Positions 27,530-37,233 of a DNA stretch of 64,000 bases are shown piece after piece (the stretch's first letter is position 1; every line of letters begins with the position of its first letter). The DNA is from Myxococcales bacterium. Its GTDB lineage: Bacteria > Myxococcota > Myxococcia > Myxococcales > Myxococcaceae. Below the pieces are notes generated by a model. It was given only the letters and a program-made list of their open reading frames with translations, was not told the DNA's origin and did not search any database. The stretch covers positions 1 to 64,000 of the forward strand of contig JACPVI010000070.1 of NCBI GenBank assembly GCA_016191815.1. Direction: 5' to 3'. A program made the translations under genes and the position numbers.

Positions 27530-29668
27530 ATGTCTGCGGTATTACAGAAAGTTAGAGCCCCCCGTCAGCCTTTGGAGGCCGCCTCGGAAGCCGAGGTGCA
27601 GGCCCCGATGGTGCTGGTGGTGGATCCGGGTGACAGCTCGCGGTCAACTCTTCAAACAACGCTGGCTCGGGAAGGGTTCGAGGTGGTGGCGGTGACGAGC
27701 GCGGCGGAGGGTAGCCGGCAGCTCGCTCCGGGGCGGCCGATTCCCTGGGCCGTGGTGGCGGAGGCCGAGCTGCATGGCGAGGACGGCTTTGCGTTCTGCG
27801 GGAGGCTCCGCGCCGAGCGGCGGACGGCCCAGTTGCCGATCCTCCTTCTCGGGCGGCGGCCCGAGGGATTCCACGGCGAGCTGGCGAGCGGCGCTGGCGC
27901 CGACGACTATCTGGCCCGGCCGGTGTTCGCCAAGGACGTGGTGGCGCTGGTGCGGCTGGCCACCGCTCCGCGCGGGCTGGACGGAGCGCTGCGCCTCTCC
28001 ACCTCGGTGGTCCCCATCCCTCATCTGTTGCGGGCGCTTTTGGCGGGCGTGAGATCCGGCAGGCTGGAGCTGAAGACCCGCAAGGGCGACCTGGCCTTCC
28101 GCCGAGGGAAGGTGATCGCCGCCTCCTTCGACTCGCTGCGGGGGCCGGAGGCGCTGGCGCGGCTGCTCTTGCTCGCAGACGGTGAGTACCAGGTGACTTT
28201 GGGGCCGTCGCTCGAGCGCGGCAGCATGCGCTACGGGCTCAAGGAGTTGGTGAGCGGGGCCTTCCCGCGCATCCTCCGCTGGCAGGCGCTGCTCGCGCGC
28301 AGCGTTCCGCTCGATGCGGTCCTCGCGGTTGATTTCGCGCAGCTCGCGCAGTGTCTGGACCAGTTGCCGGACGGGATCAACCCGTTGGTGCGTCTGTTCG
28401 ACGGGAAGCGCTCGGTGCGCGACGCGCTGGTGGACTCCGAGCTGTCCGAGGCCACCACCTTGGAAGTGGCCACCCGCCTGTACGCGATGGGAGTGATCGC
28501 TCCGGTTCCGAAGGAGCAGGTGCATGAGGTGCCGCCACTGCCGGAGCCGCGGCTGTTCGAGCCGAGCCAGTTCAGCCCGAGCGAAGTCGAGGGCTCGAGC
28601 GTGTTGCAACCACCCCGCCCGAGCCATGGTGCGGGCTCGAGTGCGCTGGAACCGCCCCGCCCGAGCCAAGTAGAGAGCTTGACCCAGCTCCGCCGAGCTA
28701 CCGATCCGCGCCCTGCGCCGCGCACCGATTGGTTCGCCGAGGAACAACCGGTTGGGGTGCAGGCCATAGCGCCCGAGCTGCTCACCCGGCTCTCCGACAC
28801 CGCCGAGTTGAGCCCGGAGGCGGCCGCCGGCTTGGAGGATTCGCTGGTCCGCCAGCTCGAGGCCTTCCGCGTCCCCGCGGTGGTAGAGCGACCGGTGCCG
28901 GCCCCCGTGCAGTCGGAGGTGGAGGCATTCGCGCGAGGGAAGGCACCCGAACAGGATGCCTCCATCGGGAAGGCGCTCGGCGCGGAGGGCCCACCGATTC
29001 CGCTCACCGACGTGATCTGGGAGCCTGAGCGGGCCTCCACATCGATCCCCAAAGCGTTGAAGCTTGCCGCCGCCGCGATGCTCGTTGCCGGCGCCGCGCT
29101 CGCCGCGTGGAGTCTCGCCAATTCGGAGGACCCCGCCCGCGCCGCCGCCGTGGAGGCCGCTTGGCCGGTCGCGGCACCCGCATCGCAGACACTGGACGAG
29201 TCGTGGCCGGTGGCTCCGCCTTCGCACGTTCCTCCTCAGGCGGCGCAGGCCTGGCCGATCACCGAGCCGCGGCTGGCGGAGCCGCCGATGGCCCCGCCTC
29301 CCCCGAGCTCCGCCCCTGAGGTGGCTGCCCCCACGATCGAGGAAGGGCTTGCCCTCTACAACTCAGGCCGTGCGGCCGAGGCGGCCGCGGTGCTCGCGAA
29401 GGTGGTGGAGGCAGCGCCTTCCGCCGAGGCCTGGACGCTGCTCGGGCTGGCGCGGTTCGATGCCGGGGATGGTCCGGGAGCCGAGCAGGCCGCGATGAAG
29501 GCGCTCGAGGTGGAGCCGAAGAACGGGCGCGCGCTGATCCTGTTGGCCTCGGTGTACTTGGATCAGGGCCAGCGGGCGAAGGCCGAGGCGGAGCTTCGCC
29601 GCTACTTGCAGCTCGAGCCCAACGGCCCCTTCGCCGAGGAAGCGCGGCAGCTTCTTTCCACTCGCTAG
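27530..29668 (+). CDS. Receiver-like domain + DUF4388 (PATAN-like) + C-terminal TPR protein
   Basis: The N-terminal receiver-like domain is MVLVVDPGDS...ADDYLARP. IPHLLRALLAGVRSGRLELKTRKGDLAFRRGKV fits DUF4388. The C-terminal TPRs are LALYNSGRAAEAAAVLAKVVE... Confidence 0.6.
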   Translation: MSAVLQKVRAPRQPLEAASEAEVQAPMVLVVDPGDSSRSTLQTTLAREGFEVVAVTSAAEGSRQLAPGRPIPWAVVAEAELHGEDGFAFCGRLRAERRTAQLPILLLGRRPEGFHGELASGAGADDYLARPVFAKDVVALVRLATAPRGLDGALRLSTSVVPIPHLLRALLAGVRSGRLELKTRKGDLAFRRGKVIAASFDSLRGPEALARLLLLADGEYQVTLGPSLERGSMRYGLKELVSGAFPRILRWQALLARSVPLDAVLAVDFAQLAQCLDQLPDGINPLVRLFDGKRSVRDALVDSELSEATTLEVATRLYAMGVIAPVPKEQVHEVPPLPEPRLFEPSQFSPSEVEGSSVLQPPRPSHGAGSSALEPPRPSQVESLTQLRRATDPRPAPRTDWFAEEQPVGVQAIAPELLTRLSDTAELSPEAAAGLEDSLVRQLEAFRVPAVVERPVPAPVQSEVEAFARGKAPEQDASIGKALGAEGPPIPLTDVIWEPERASTSIPKALKLAAAAMLVAGAALAAWSLANSEDPARAAAVEAAWPVAAPASQTLDESWPVAPPSHVPPQAAQAWPITEPRLAEPPMAPPPPSSAPEVAAPTIEEGLALYNSGRAAEAAAVLAKVVEAAPSAEAWTLLGLARFDAGDGPGAEQAAMKALEVEPKNGRALILLASVYLDQGQRAKAEAELRRYLQLEPNGPFAEEARQLLSTR

Positions 29669-29875
29669 CGCGCTGGAAAGTCCTCGTGTGGGTGGTCGGT
29701 GCTCGCGGGCGAGCCAAAGCACCAAGCCCCTGGAATCTGGTGCCCAGCCGGGTTTCCTGCGATCGCAGCCGACGCGTCAGCAACATCGGCAAGAGGATCG
29801 GCAAAAATATTGGACGCGAATGTAGATTCTGCTTATCACTGGCTGAGGTCGGACCATCCAGCAATCGGCAGATTG

Positions 29876-31111
29876 ATGAACGTCTCGGCAATGGAGCCAA
29901 CGCTGCCGATGGGCGGTCCGGTCGACGGGCAACTCTTCGAACGGTCCACCGAGCTCTTGGTGGGCGCCGCGCGGCTCGGGGCGCGCCTGCCGGAAGCGCT
30001 GCGACGCAGCCTGGCCCACCGCGTGCGGGCGATGAACAGCTACTACTCGCACCTCATCGAGGGACGGGCGACGCATCCGCTCGACATCGACCGCGCCCTG
30101 ACGAACGACTATTCGGCCGAGCCGAAGAAGGCCGAGCTGCAGTACGAAGCACGCGCGCACATCGGGGTGCAGGTCGAGGTCGAGCGCCGACTGGGCCAGG
30201 AATCTGACCTGGCCATCTGCTCGACCGCGTTCGTGCGGTGGCTGCACCGGGCCTTCTACGAACAGATGCCGGAGCAGTTCCGCTTCGTCATCCACCGCGG
30301 CGAGCGCGTCCCCATCGTCCCCGGAGAATGGCGCACCCGCGATGTGGCGGTGGGCCGGCACGTGCCGCCGGAACACGGGGCGGTCCCCAGATTCATGCAG
30401 CGCTTCGAAGAGGTCTACGACCCGCCGCGCATCCCCGTCCATCAACGCGTCGTCGCTGCCTGCGCCGCCCACCACCGCCTGGCATGGATTCACCCCTTCA
30501 TCGACGGCAACGGCCGCGTCGCCCGCATTCTCACCGACGCGTACCTGGTAAGAATCGGGTTCGCCGTGCCCCCTTTGTGGACGGTGAGCCGCGGCCTTGC
30601 CAACCGCCGCGACCGATACATGGAGGCGCTCACCTGGGCCGACGCTCCCCGCCGCGGCGACCTCGATGGGCGCGGACCGCTGTCACTCGAGGGTTTGCAG
30701 CGGTTCTGCCTCCTCATGCTCGACGTCGCCATCGACCAGGTGGCGTTCATGGCCGGCCTGTTCGACCTCGACCGACTCGAAGAGCGCATCGCCGCGTACG
30801 TTCACCTCCGCGCCACCGAACGCGAGCTGCGCCCGGAAGCGCGCCACCTGCTGACCGAGGTCTTGCACCGCGGGCCCATCGCGCGCGGCGATGCGGTTCG
30901 CGTGTCCGGCCTCGGAGAACGCGTCGGCCGCGACCTCTTGTCGAAACTGCTCCGGATGGGCCTGCTCGAAACCGACGGCCCCAAGCGGCCGGTGAGGTTG
31001 GGGCTGCCGGCGCGGGTATTGCCGTACTACCTGCCGAACCTCTACCCGACTCCCATCGAGGAAGATTTCCGCAACCTCCCTCCGCCCGAGCCGCCGAAGA
31101 ACGGAGACTGA
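29876..31111 (+). CDS. fic: Fic-family protein (HPFIDGNGRVAR motif) with a C-terminal wHTH-like region
   Basis: The canonical Fic motif HPFIDGNGRVARIL is present. The region upstream (29700-29900) has lower GC than the surroundings. Confidence 0.8.
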   Translation: MNVSAMEPTLPMGGPVDGQLFERSTELLVGAARLGARLPEALRRSLAHRVRAMNSYYSHLIEGRATHPLDIDRALTNDYSAEPKKAELQYEARAHIGVQVEVERRLGQESDLAICSTAFVRWLHRAFYEQMPEQFRFVIHRGERVPIVPGEWRTRDVAVGRHVPPEHGAVPRFMQRFEEVYDPPRIPVHQRVVAACAAHHRLAWIHPFIDGNGRVARILTDAYLVRIGFAVPPLWTVSRGLANRRDRYMEALTWADAPRRGDLDGRGPLSLEGLQRFCLLMLDVAIDQVAFMAGLFDLDRLEERIAAYVHLRATERELRPEARHLLTEVLHRGPIARGDAVRVSGLGERVGRDLLSKLLRMGLLETDGPKRPVRLGLPARVLPYYLPNLYPTPIEEDFRNLPPPEPPKNGD

Positions 31112-31153
31112 CAGGCGCTGGAAAGTCCTCCGCGACGGAGGCATAAGACCGGC

Positions 31154-31900
31154 ATGTCTGGTCACAACCGTTGGACGAAGATCAAGCGCCAGAAGGAGGC
31201 CGCGGGGGCGGCCAAGGGCAAGCTCTTCACCAAGCTCATCAAGGAGATCACCATCGCGGCGCGGCTTGGGGGAGGGGACCCGGCCGGCAATGCGCGGCTG
31301 CGGGCGGCGATCACCCTGGCGCGCGAGGCGAACATGCCCTCCGACTCGATCGCGAGGGCGATCAAGAAGGGCACCGGGGAGCTGGAGGGAGTGAGCTACG
31401 AAGAGGCGCTCTACGAGGGCTACGGGCCGGGCGGGGTGGCGATGCTGGTGGAGTGCCTGACGGACAACCTCACGCGCACCGCGGGGGACGTGCGGGCGAT
31501 CTTCTCCAAGGGAGGAGGGAACCTGGGGGCGCCGGGCTCGGTGAAGTTCAACTTCCAGAAGAAGGGTGTGATCGCGGTGAAGGCGGGGCCTTCCGAGGAC
31601 GTGGTGATGGAGAAGGCGATCGAGGCGGGGGCGGAGGACGTGATTGGCCAGGGGGCGGAGGGCTTCGAGGTGCGGACGGAGCCGGCGGAGTTGCACTCGG
31701 TGGCGTCGTCATTGGAGAAGGGTGGGCTCGAGCTGGGCGAGCAGCGGTGGACGTACCTGCCGCAGAGCACGGTGAAGCTGGAGGGCGAGGCGGCGAAGAA
31801 GATGCTCAAGCTGATGGAGATGCTCGAGGACAACGACGACGTGCAGAACGTGCACGCGAACTTCGAGATCGACGAGGCCCTGCTCCAAGCGCTGGCCTGA
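31154..31900 (+). CDS. yebC: YebC/PmpR-family transcriptional regulator
   Basis: MSGHNRWTKIKRQKEAAGAAKGKLFTKLIKEITIAAR... is near-canonical YebC. Confidence 0.9.
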   Translation: MSGHNRWTKIKRQKEAAGAAKGKLFTKLIKEITIAARLGGGDPAGNARLRAAITLAREANMPSDSIARAIKKGTGELEGVSYEEALYEGYGPGGVAMLVECLTDNLTRTAGDVRAIFSKGGGNLGAPGSVKFNFQKKGVIAVKAGPSEDVVMEKAIEAGAEDVIGQGAEGFEVRTEPAELHSVASSLEKGGLELGEQRWTYLPQSTVKLEGEAAKKMLKLMEMLEDNDDVQNVHANFEIDEALLQALA

Positions 31901-32092
31901 CCGCGGACAGGGAGTGAGCGGTTCAGAGCCAGGACCGGGCTCTCGGCCGGCCTCGGACATGTTCGCTCAGAGTGATGTGCGCGGGAGAGCGCCCGAGGTG
32001 TGATGGTCATTCCACGAGGCCGCCCGTTCTGCCCTTCGTCGTCGCGGCGGTTCGGGCGCCTCGTGGGGTCCATTGCTATCGTGAGGCCGACT

Positions 32093-32710
32093 ATGTCGGC
32101 GTATCCTCCGGTTCGGTCGTTCGATGAGGCGGCGCGGCTCGCGGGGGAGTACTTCATGGGGAAGTCGCCAATCCACGAGGCCGCCGAGGCCATCGCTCGC
32201 GCCCTTGCCGAAGAGGGCATCGACTTCGCCGTCGCGGGCGCGCTGGCGCTCAACGAGCACGGGGTTCTTCGCGCCACCGAGGACGTCGACCTGCTCATTA
32301 CCCGCGAAGGCTTGGCGCGCTTCAAGGAAAAGTGGCTCGGCCGAGGCTTCGTCGAGATCCGTCCGGGCGGGAAGCCGGTACGGCACACTGCCACGAAGGT
32401 GAGGATTGACTTCCTGATCAGCGGCGACTTCCCCGGGGACGGCAAGCCCAAGCCAGTCGCGTTTCCTCTTCCAGCGGGCGCCTCCGAGGCAGGGGGCCGC
32501 TATCCGGTCCTCTCGCTGCCAAACCTCATCGAGCTCAAGCTCGCCGCCGCGATGACCGCTCCCGACCGCCCGCGGGACTACGACGACGTCATCCGGCTCA
32601 TTCGCGCGCGGAATCTACCCGACGAATTCCAGCAGCGGCTCAGCGAGTACGTCCGCGCCGAGTACGCTCGGCTCTGGAACATCGCCCAGAAGCCCGAAGA
32701 CGAGTACTGA
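32093..32710 (+). CDS. Nucleotidyltransferase-fold hypothetical protein
   Basis: GIDFAVAGALALNEHGVLRATEDVDLLI resembles a minimal NTase GS...D.D core. I could not place it in a family. Confidence 0.35.
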   Translation: MSAYPPVRSFDEAARLAGEYFMGKSPIHEAAEAIARALAEEGIDFAVAGALALNEHGVLRATEDVDLLITREGLARFKEKWLGRGFVEIRPGGKPVRHTATKVRIDFLISGDFPGDGKPKPVAFPLPAGASEAGGRYPVLSLPNLIELKLAAAMTAPDRPRDYDDVIRLIRARNLPDEFQQRLSEYVRAEYARLWNIAQKPEDEY

Positions 32711-32836
32711 GGGCGCCTGACCGCCGAGTTTCTTTCTAGCTTCGGCGGTCCTGCTGCGGCGTCGACAGCCTCCGGCATCCGCGGTAGCCTCTGTACATCC
32801 GTTCCGTGGCGGGCGACGCCCGCGAGGAGGGGACGT

Positions 32837-33517
32837 TTGCGCGTGCTCGGCATCGACCCGGGGAGCCGCTTTCTCGGCTACGGCGCAGTCGAGGAGCGCG
32901 GCGGGCGGCTCTCCTACGTCTCCCACGGCGTCATTCGCACCGAAGCCTCGGCGCCGCTGGAGGACCGGCTCCGGCACCTCTTCGAAGAGCTGAGCCGCGC
33001 GGTCAGGGCCATAGGCCCCGACGCGGTCGCCGTGGAGGGGGTGTTCGCCTTCCGCAACGCGCGCAGCGCCCTGGTGCTCGGCCACGCTCGGGGCGTTGCC
33101 CTCTTGGTCGCCGCTCGCAGCGGCCTCCCGGTGCACGAATACGCCCCAGCTCGGGTAAAGCGGGCAATCGGCGCTGGCGGCAGAGGCGACAAGCACGCGG
33201 TGGCGCGGATGGTGAGCACCTTCCTCGGGCTCCGGCAGCTCGTGCGGCATGACGCCTCCGACGCGCTCGCCATAGCCATCTGCCACCTGAGCCACCGCAG
33301 CTCGGTGCCCGCGCGGACGCTGCGCCCGCGGACCAAGAAGGGCCGAGCTCTGCCCATGAACCTCCGGCCAAGCTACATCGGCCCTCCGGGCCGAGCCGTG
33401 GCCACCGCCGGCGAGATGGCGCGGAGGCCGAACGGCGTCGCGCCTCCGGGCAAAGTGGGAGGCGCCGCGCCGCGAGCGCCGGGCCGACTGGCGCCTCCCG
33501 GCGGAGCGCGGCGATGA
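32837..33517 (+). CDS. ruvC: Holliday junction resolvase RuvC (with a C-terminal low-complexity extension)
   Basis: MRVLGIDPGSRFLGYGAVE matches the RuvC N-terminus. Confidence 0.85.
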   Translation: MRVLGIDPGSRFLGYGAVEERGGRLSYVSHGVIRTEASAPLEDRLRHLFEELSRAVRAIGPDAVAVEGVFAFRNARSALVLGHARGVALLVAARSGLPVHEYAPARVKRAIGAGGRGDKHAVARMVSTFLGLRQLVRHDASDALAIAICHLSHRSSVPARTLRPRTKKGRALPMNLRPSYIGPPGRAVATAGEMARRPNGVAPPGKVGGAAPRAPGRLAPPGGARR

Positions 33518-34119
33518 TCGCCTCCCTGCGCGGCACCATCGCGGAGAAGGGTCTCTCCGAGGCGGTGATCGACGTGGGCGGCGTCGGCTACCGGGTGGCC
33601 TTCTCGCTCATCACCCTGGCTCGCCTCCCCGAAGAAGGCCAGATGGCAAAGGTGCGCATCCGCACCGTGGTCCGCGAGGACGCCCTCGAGCTGTACGGCT
33701 TTCTCAGCCGGCCCGAGGAGGACATGTTCTCGCTCCTCACCTCGGTCTCCCACGTGGGGCCCAAGCTGGCGATGACCGTGCTCTCCGGCCTGGAGGTGGG
33801 CGAGCTGGCCACCGCCATCGCCCGCGGCGAAGTGGCGCGCCTCACCCGCATCCACGGCGTCGGGAAGAAGACCGCCGAGCGGCTGGTGCTCGAGCTCAAA
33901 GAGCGCGTGAAGGGCCTCGCGCTGGAGGCAAGAGCCGAGGGGCGGGCGGCGCCTCCTCCGGCGATGCGGGATGACCTCGTCTCCGCCTTGGTCAATCTGG
34001 GCTACAAGCCCGCCCAGGCCGAGAAGGCCGCCGACGCCGCCGCCGAGCGGGTGGGCACCGAGGGCGCCTTCGAGCTCCTGTTCCGGGAAGCACTGAAAGG
34101 CCTTCGCTCGGGCGCCTGA
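33514..34119 (+). CDS. ruvA: Holliday junction DNA helicase subunit RuvA
   Basis: MIASLRGTIAEKG...VDVGGVGYRV...HGVGKKTAERLVLELK. Confidence 0.9.
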   Translation: MIASLRGTIAEKGLSEAVIDVGGVGYRVAFSLITLARLPEEGQMAKVRIRTVVREDALELYGFLSRPEEDMFSLLTSVSHVGPKLAMTVLSGLEVGELATAIARGEVARLTRIHGVGKKTAERLVLELKERVKGLALEARAEGRAAPPPAMRDDLVSALVNLGYKPAQAEKAADAAAERVGTEGAFELLFREALKGLRSGA

Positions 34120-34149
34120 GGCCGAAGCTGCGCTAGCCTCGCCTGCCCT

Positions 34150-35565
34150 ATGCGCATGTTCGTTGCCGGAAGCTGGGTGGAGAAGAAGACCGCCATCCCG
34201 GTGGTGAGCCCCTTCGACGGGAAGGCGATCGGCGAAGTTCCCCGCGGCGGGCCCGAGGACGTGGAGCGCGCCGTCGCCAGCGCGGTGTCGGGGGCGAAGG
34301 CGATGGCGGCGGTGCCTGCCTTCGATCGACACCGGATGCTCACCCGTGCCGCCCAGCTCATGGCGGCGCGGGCCGAGGAGCTGTCGCGCACCATCAGCCA
34401 GGAGGAGGGGAAGGTCCTCGCCGAGGGCCGGCTGGAGGTGTCCCGCGCGGTTGAAACCATCACCGCCTCCGCGGAAGAGGCCAAGCGCATCCACGGCGAG
34501 ACCATCCCGGTGGACGCGGCGCCCGGCGGAGCGGGGAAGCTCTCCTTCACCTTGCGGGTGCCGTGCGGAGTGGTGGCGGCGGTGACACCCTTCAACTTCC
34601 CGCTCAATTTGGTCTGCCACAAGGTGGGGCCGGCCCTGGCGGCGGGGAATTCGGTGGTGCTCAAGCCGGCCACCGACACGCCGCTCTCCGCCTTGAAGCT
34701 GGTGGAGATTCTCCTCGAGGCGGGCGTGCCTCCGCTCGCCATCCACTGCGTCACGGGGAGCGGAGCGGACGCCGGCGAGCCGCTGGTCTCCGACCCGAGA
34801 ATCCGGAAGGTGAGCTTCACCGGAAGCCGGGACGTGGGAGAGCGCATCACCCAGCGGGCAGGGCTCAAGCGGGTGACGCTGGAGCTCGGCTCCAACTCGC
34901 CGATCATCGTGATGCCGGACGCCGATCCCGAGAAGGTGGCCGACGCGGTGGCCAAGACCGGCTACTCCAACGCGGGCCAAAGCTGCATCTCGGCGCAGCG
35001 GGTGCTGGTGTCGAAGAAGCGGATGGCCGACGTCATCTCGGCGCTCTTGCCCAAGGTCCGCTCGCTCCGGGCGGGAGACCCCTTCGACGCCTCGGTGCAG
35101 GTGGGGCCGCTCATCAAGCAGAAGGAGGCGGCGCGGGTGCAGGCATGGATCGCCGAGGCGGTCTCCAGCGGGGCACGAGTCCTGGTGGGCGGCGGCCGGC
35201 AGGGCGCGGTGCACGAGCCGACGGTGGTGGCGGACGTGGGGCCCGCGATGAGGCTGTTCCGCGACGAGCTGTTCGGCCCGGCGGTGGGGCTGACCGCGGT
35301 GGAGAGCCTGGACGAAGCGATCGCCATGGCCAACGATTCGCGCTACGGGCTATCGGCCTCCATCTTCACCGAGAGCCTGGAGCAGGCGATGCGCTTCGCC
35401 CGCGAGGTGGAGGCGGGCAACCTCCACGTCAACTTCGGGCCCTCCTGGCGCGCGGACCTCCAGCCCTACGGCGGGCTCAAGGAGTCCGGCTTCGGCAAGG
35501 AGGGCCCGCGCTACGCGGTCGAGGAGATGACCGAGCTCAAGACGGTGGTGCTGCACCTCCGTTGA
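34150..35565 (+). CDS. NAD(P)-dependent aldehyde dehydrogenase
   Basis: Catalytic Cys region SNAGQSCIS. Motifs ELGSNSP and FTGS are also present. Confidence 0.85.
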   Translation: MRMFVAGSWVEKKTAIPVVSPFDGKAIGEVPRGGPEDVERAVASAVSGAKAMAAVPAFDRHRMLTRAAQLMAARAEELSRTISQEEGKVLAEGRLEVSRAVETITASAEEAKRIHGETIPVDAAPGGAGKLSFTLRVPCGVVAAVTPFNFPLNLVCHKVGPALAAGNSVVLKPATDTPLSALKLVEILLEAGVPPLAIHCVTGSGADAGEPLVSDPRIRKVSFTGSRDVGERITQRAGLKRVTLELGSNSPIIVMPDADPEKVADAVAKTGYSNAGQSCISAQRVLVSKKRMADVISALLPKVRSLRAGDPFDASVQVGPLIKQKEAARVQAWIAEAVSSGARVLVGGGRQGAVHEPTVVADVGPAMRLFRDELFGPAVGLTAVESLDEAIAMANDSRYGLSASIFTESLEQAMRFAREVEAGNLHVNFGPSWRADLQPYGGLKESGFGKEGPRYAVEEMTELKTVVLHLR

Positions 35566-35573
35566 CGGAGGCG

Positions 35574-36101
35574 TCAGCGGTGCGCGTCGAGGTACTTCTC
35601 CACTCCCTTCGACACCGCCACCAGGTTCGGCTTGATGCTCCCCACCAGGAACTTCTCCACCGTGGGGCCGACCGTCCCCGCCAACAGCCTGGGCACCAAG
35701 CGGATCTTCGCCGCGTCCACCTCCAGCATCCCGGCGATCACCAGCCGGGTGCGGCTCCCGCCGAGATCCTCGAAGCGGTTTTTTCCCTCCGAGCGCACCG
35801 CGTCCTTGAAGGCCGGCACCACCGTGCGCCACTCGCAGGTGAACTGCTCCTGGTTCCAGGTGGCGTAGTCGTCCCACTCCAGCATGTCGTCGGAGAGCAG
35901 CTTCCGCACCACCCCCGGAAGCTCCCCGCCGCCCTTCCAGCGGTTGAGCAGCTTCGTCAGCTGCCCCTCCTCGGAGCGCGAGCTGACCGTGATGCCCCGG
36001 ACGTTCGGCAAATAGGGCACCAGCTCCGGCAGCTTGTCGCGGTAGGTGGTGAAAACCTTCTCGCGCGGGTAGGGAATCTCCACCGAGACGTCGAGCTTCA
36101 C
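35574..36101 (-). CDS. SRPBCC (START/polyketide-cyclase-like) superfamily protein
   Basis: 175 aa. The composition and pattern resemble the Bet v1-like fold. Low certainty. Confidence 0.4.
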   Translation of the reverse strand: MKLDVSVEIPYPREKVFTTYRDKLPELVPYLPNVRGITVSSRSEEGQLTKLLNRWKGGGELPGVVRKLLSDDMLEWDDYATWNQEQFTCEWRTVVPAFKDAVRSEGKNRFEDLGGSRTRLVIAGMLEVDAAKIRLVPRLLAGTVGPTVEKFLVGSIKPNLVAVSKGVEKYLDAHR

Positions 36102-36255
36102 GGTCGGGCTCCTGGATGTGGCCGCCCGCGCCCACCGAGCGGCGAGGCCGCCAACTTAGCGGCGCCAACCGCTCAAAGGCCAGATTTTCCGGTCAGGCCA
36201 GGGCGGGAGCTTGGTTGCGTGCCGCGGGGTTCGAGAAGCTGCCCTGACCTCCCCT

Positions 36256-37134
36256 TCAGAGGGGCTCATCCTCCTCCTCGCTCTCCTGGAGCCGCCGCTC
36301 GTCCTCCTCGGCTCCCGCGTCCGTCTTTTGTGCCTGGGTGGCGATGGCGAAGGTGAGCGAGGGAAAGAGCAAAAAGCCGTGGCCCCCGCCCGCCTCGACC
36401 ACGCTCTGGCCGGAGCGCACGTGGCTGGAGATGGCCGGGGTGAAGATCGCCGCCACCTCCGGCCGGAGCCGCACCCACTCGAGCTTCCACTCGTAGCCCA
36501 AGGCCAGAGCGATGTTGTGCTGGAGCCAGCCGGTGCTGCTCTCCACCTTCTGCGCCGCCCCGCCTTGGCCCACCATCTGGGTGGAGACGCTGGTGAGGGA
36601 TTGGAAGTCGTAGCCCACTCCGCCGTAGACGCCCGAGCGGTGCGAGGCCAGTACCTTGAGCCCCGCCAAGAAAACCAGCGAGGTGGTCGCCTGCGGGCTC
36701 AGCTCGGTCTGCCGCCCATCGGCGCCGGTGGCGAAGGTGCTCGCCGCCGAGGAGGAGTAGCCCAGCCCTACCTGCGGCATCAGCGCCAGCCGGGCCGGCC
36801 CCTTGTTCAAGGTCCACTTCGCCCCCGGCTGCAGCCCCGCCGCGCTCGCGTGCAGGTTCAGCCCCCACGCGTCGGCAAGCCCAATTTGCCCGTTGGCCTC
36901 GAACGCCGGGATGCCAAACCCCCTCGCCACCGACTGCACCGGCAGGGCTCGCCCCTGGGCGTCGGTCGCCTGCGCCGGCGGAGCGCTCTGCGACTGGTAG
37001 GCGAAGCCCGTCGACAGCGCCACCTCGGATGCACCGAGGCCGATCGGAGAAGCGGTCTGGCCCAGGACCGCCGAGCGCGGGGTGAGGCAACCTGCCCCGG
37101 CCAGCGCCAGCGCCGAAAGGACAAAAGAGCGCAT
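36256..37134 (-). CDS. Secreted beta-rich (OMP-like) protein with an acidic C-terminal tail
   Basis: Signal peptide MRSFVLSALALAGAG, Gly/Ser/Ala-rich alternating pattern, and a ...EEDERRLQESEEEDEPL tail. Confidence 0.45.
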   Translation of the reverse strand: MRSFVLSALALAGAGCLTPRSAVLGQTASPIGLGASEVALSTGFAYQSQSAPPAQATDAQGRALPVQSVARGFGIPAFEANGQIGLADAWGLNLHASAAGLQPGAKWTLNKGPARLALMPQVGLGYSSSAASTFATGADGRQTELSPQATTSLVFLAGLKVLASHRSGVYGGVGYDFQSLTSVSTQMVGQGGAAQKVESSTGWLQHNIALALGYEWKLEWVRLRPEVAAIFTPAISSHVRSGQSVVEAGGGHGFLLFPSLTFAIATQAQKTDAGAEEDERRLQESEEEDEPL

Positions 37135-37233
37135 CCTTCCTCCAAGGGTCTGCGGGCAAGGTGCCAGGTAGTGGAAACTTCGCGTTCGGCGTGCCCCCAA
37201 GTCCATCGCCCGCATGCTAACGGACAAGCTGCC

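Noticed and set aside
36211-37233. N-terminal extension of the monooxygenase-OYE fusion ORF
   Set aside because: Low-complexity. It overlaps the convergent OMP-like gene. The FAD GxGxxG motif begins right after the ATG at 37234.
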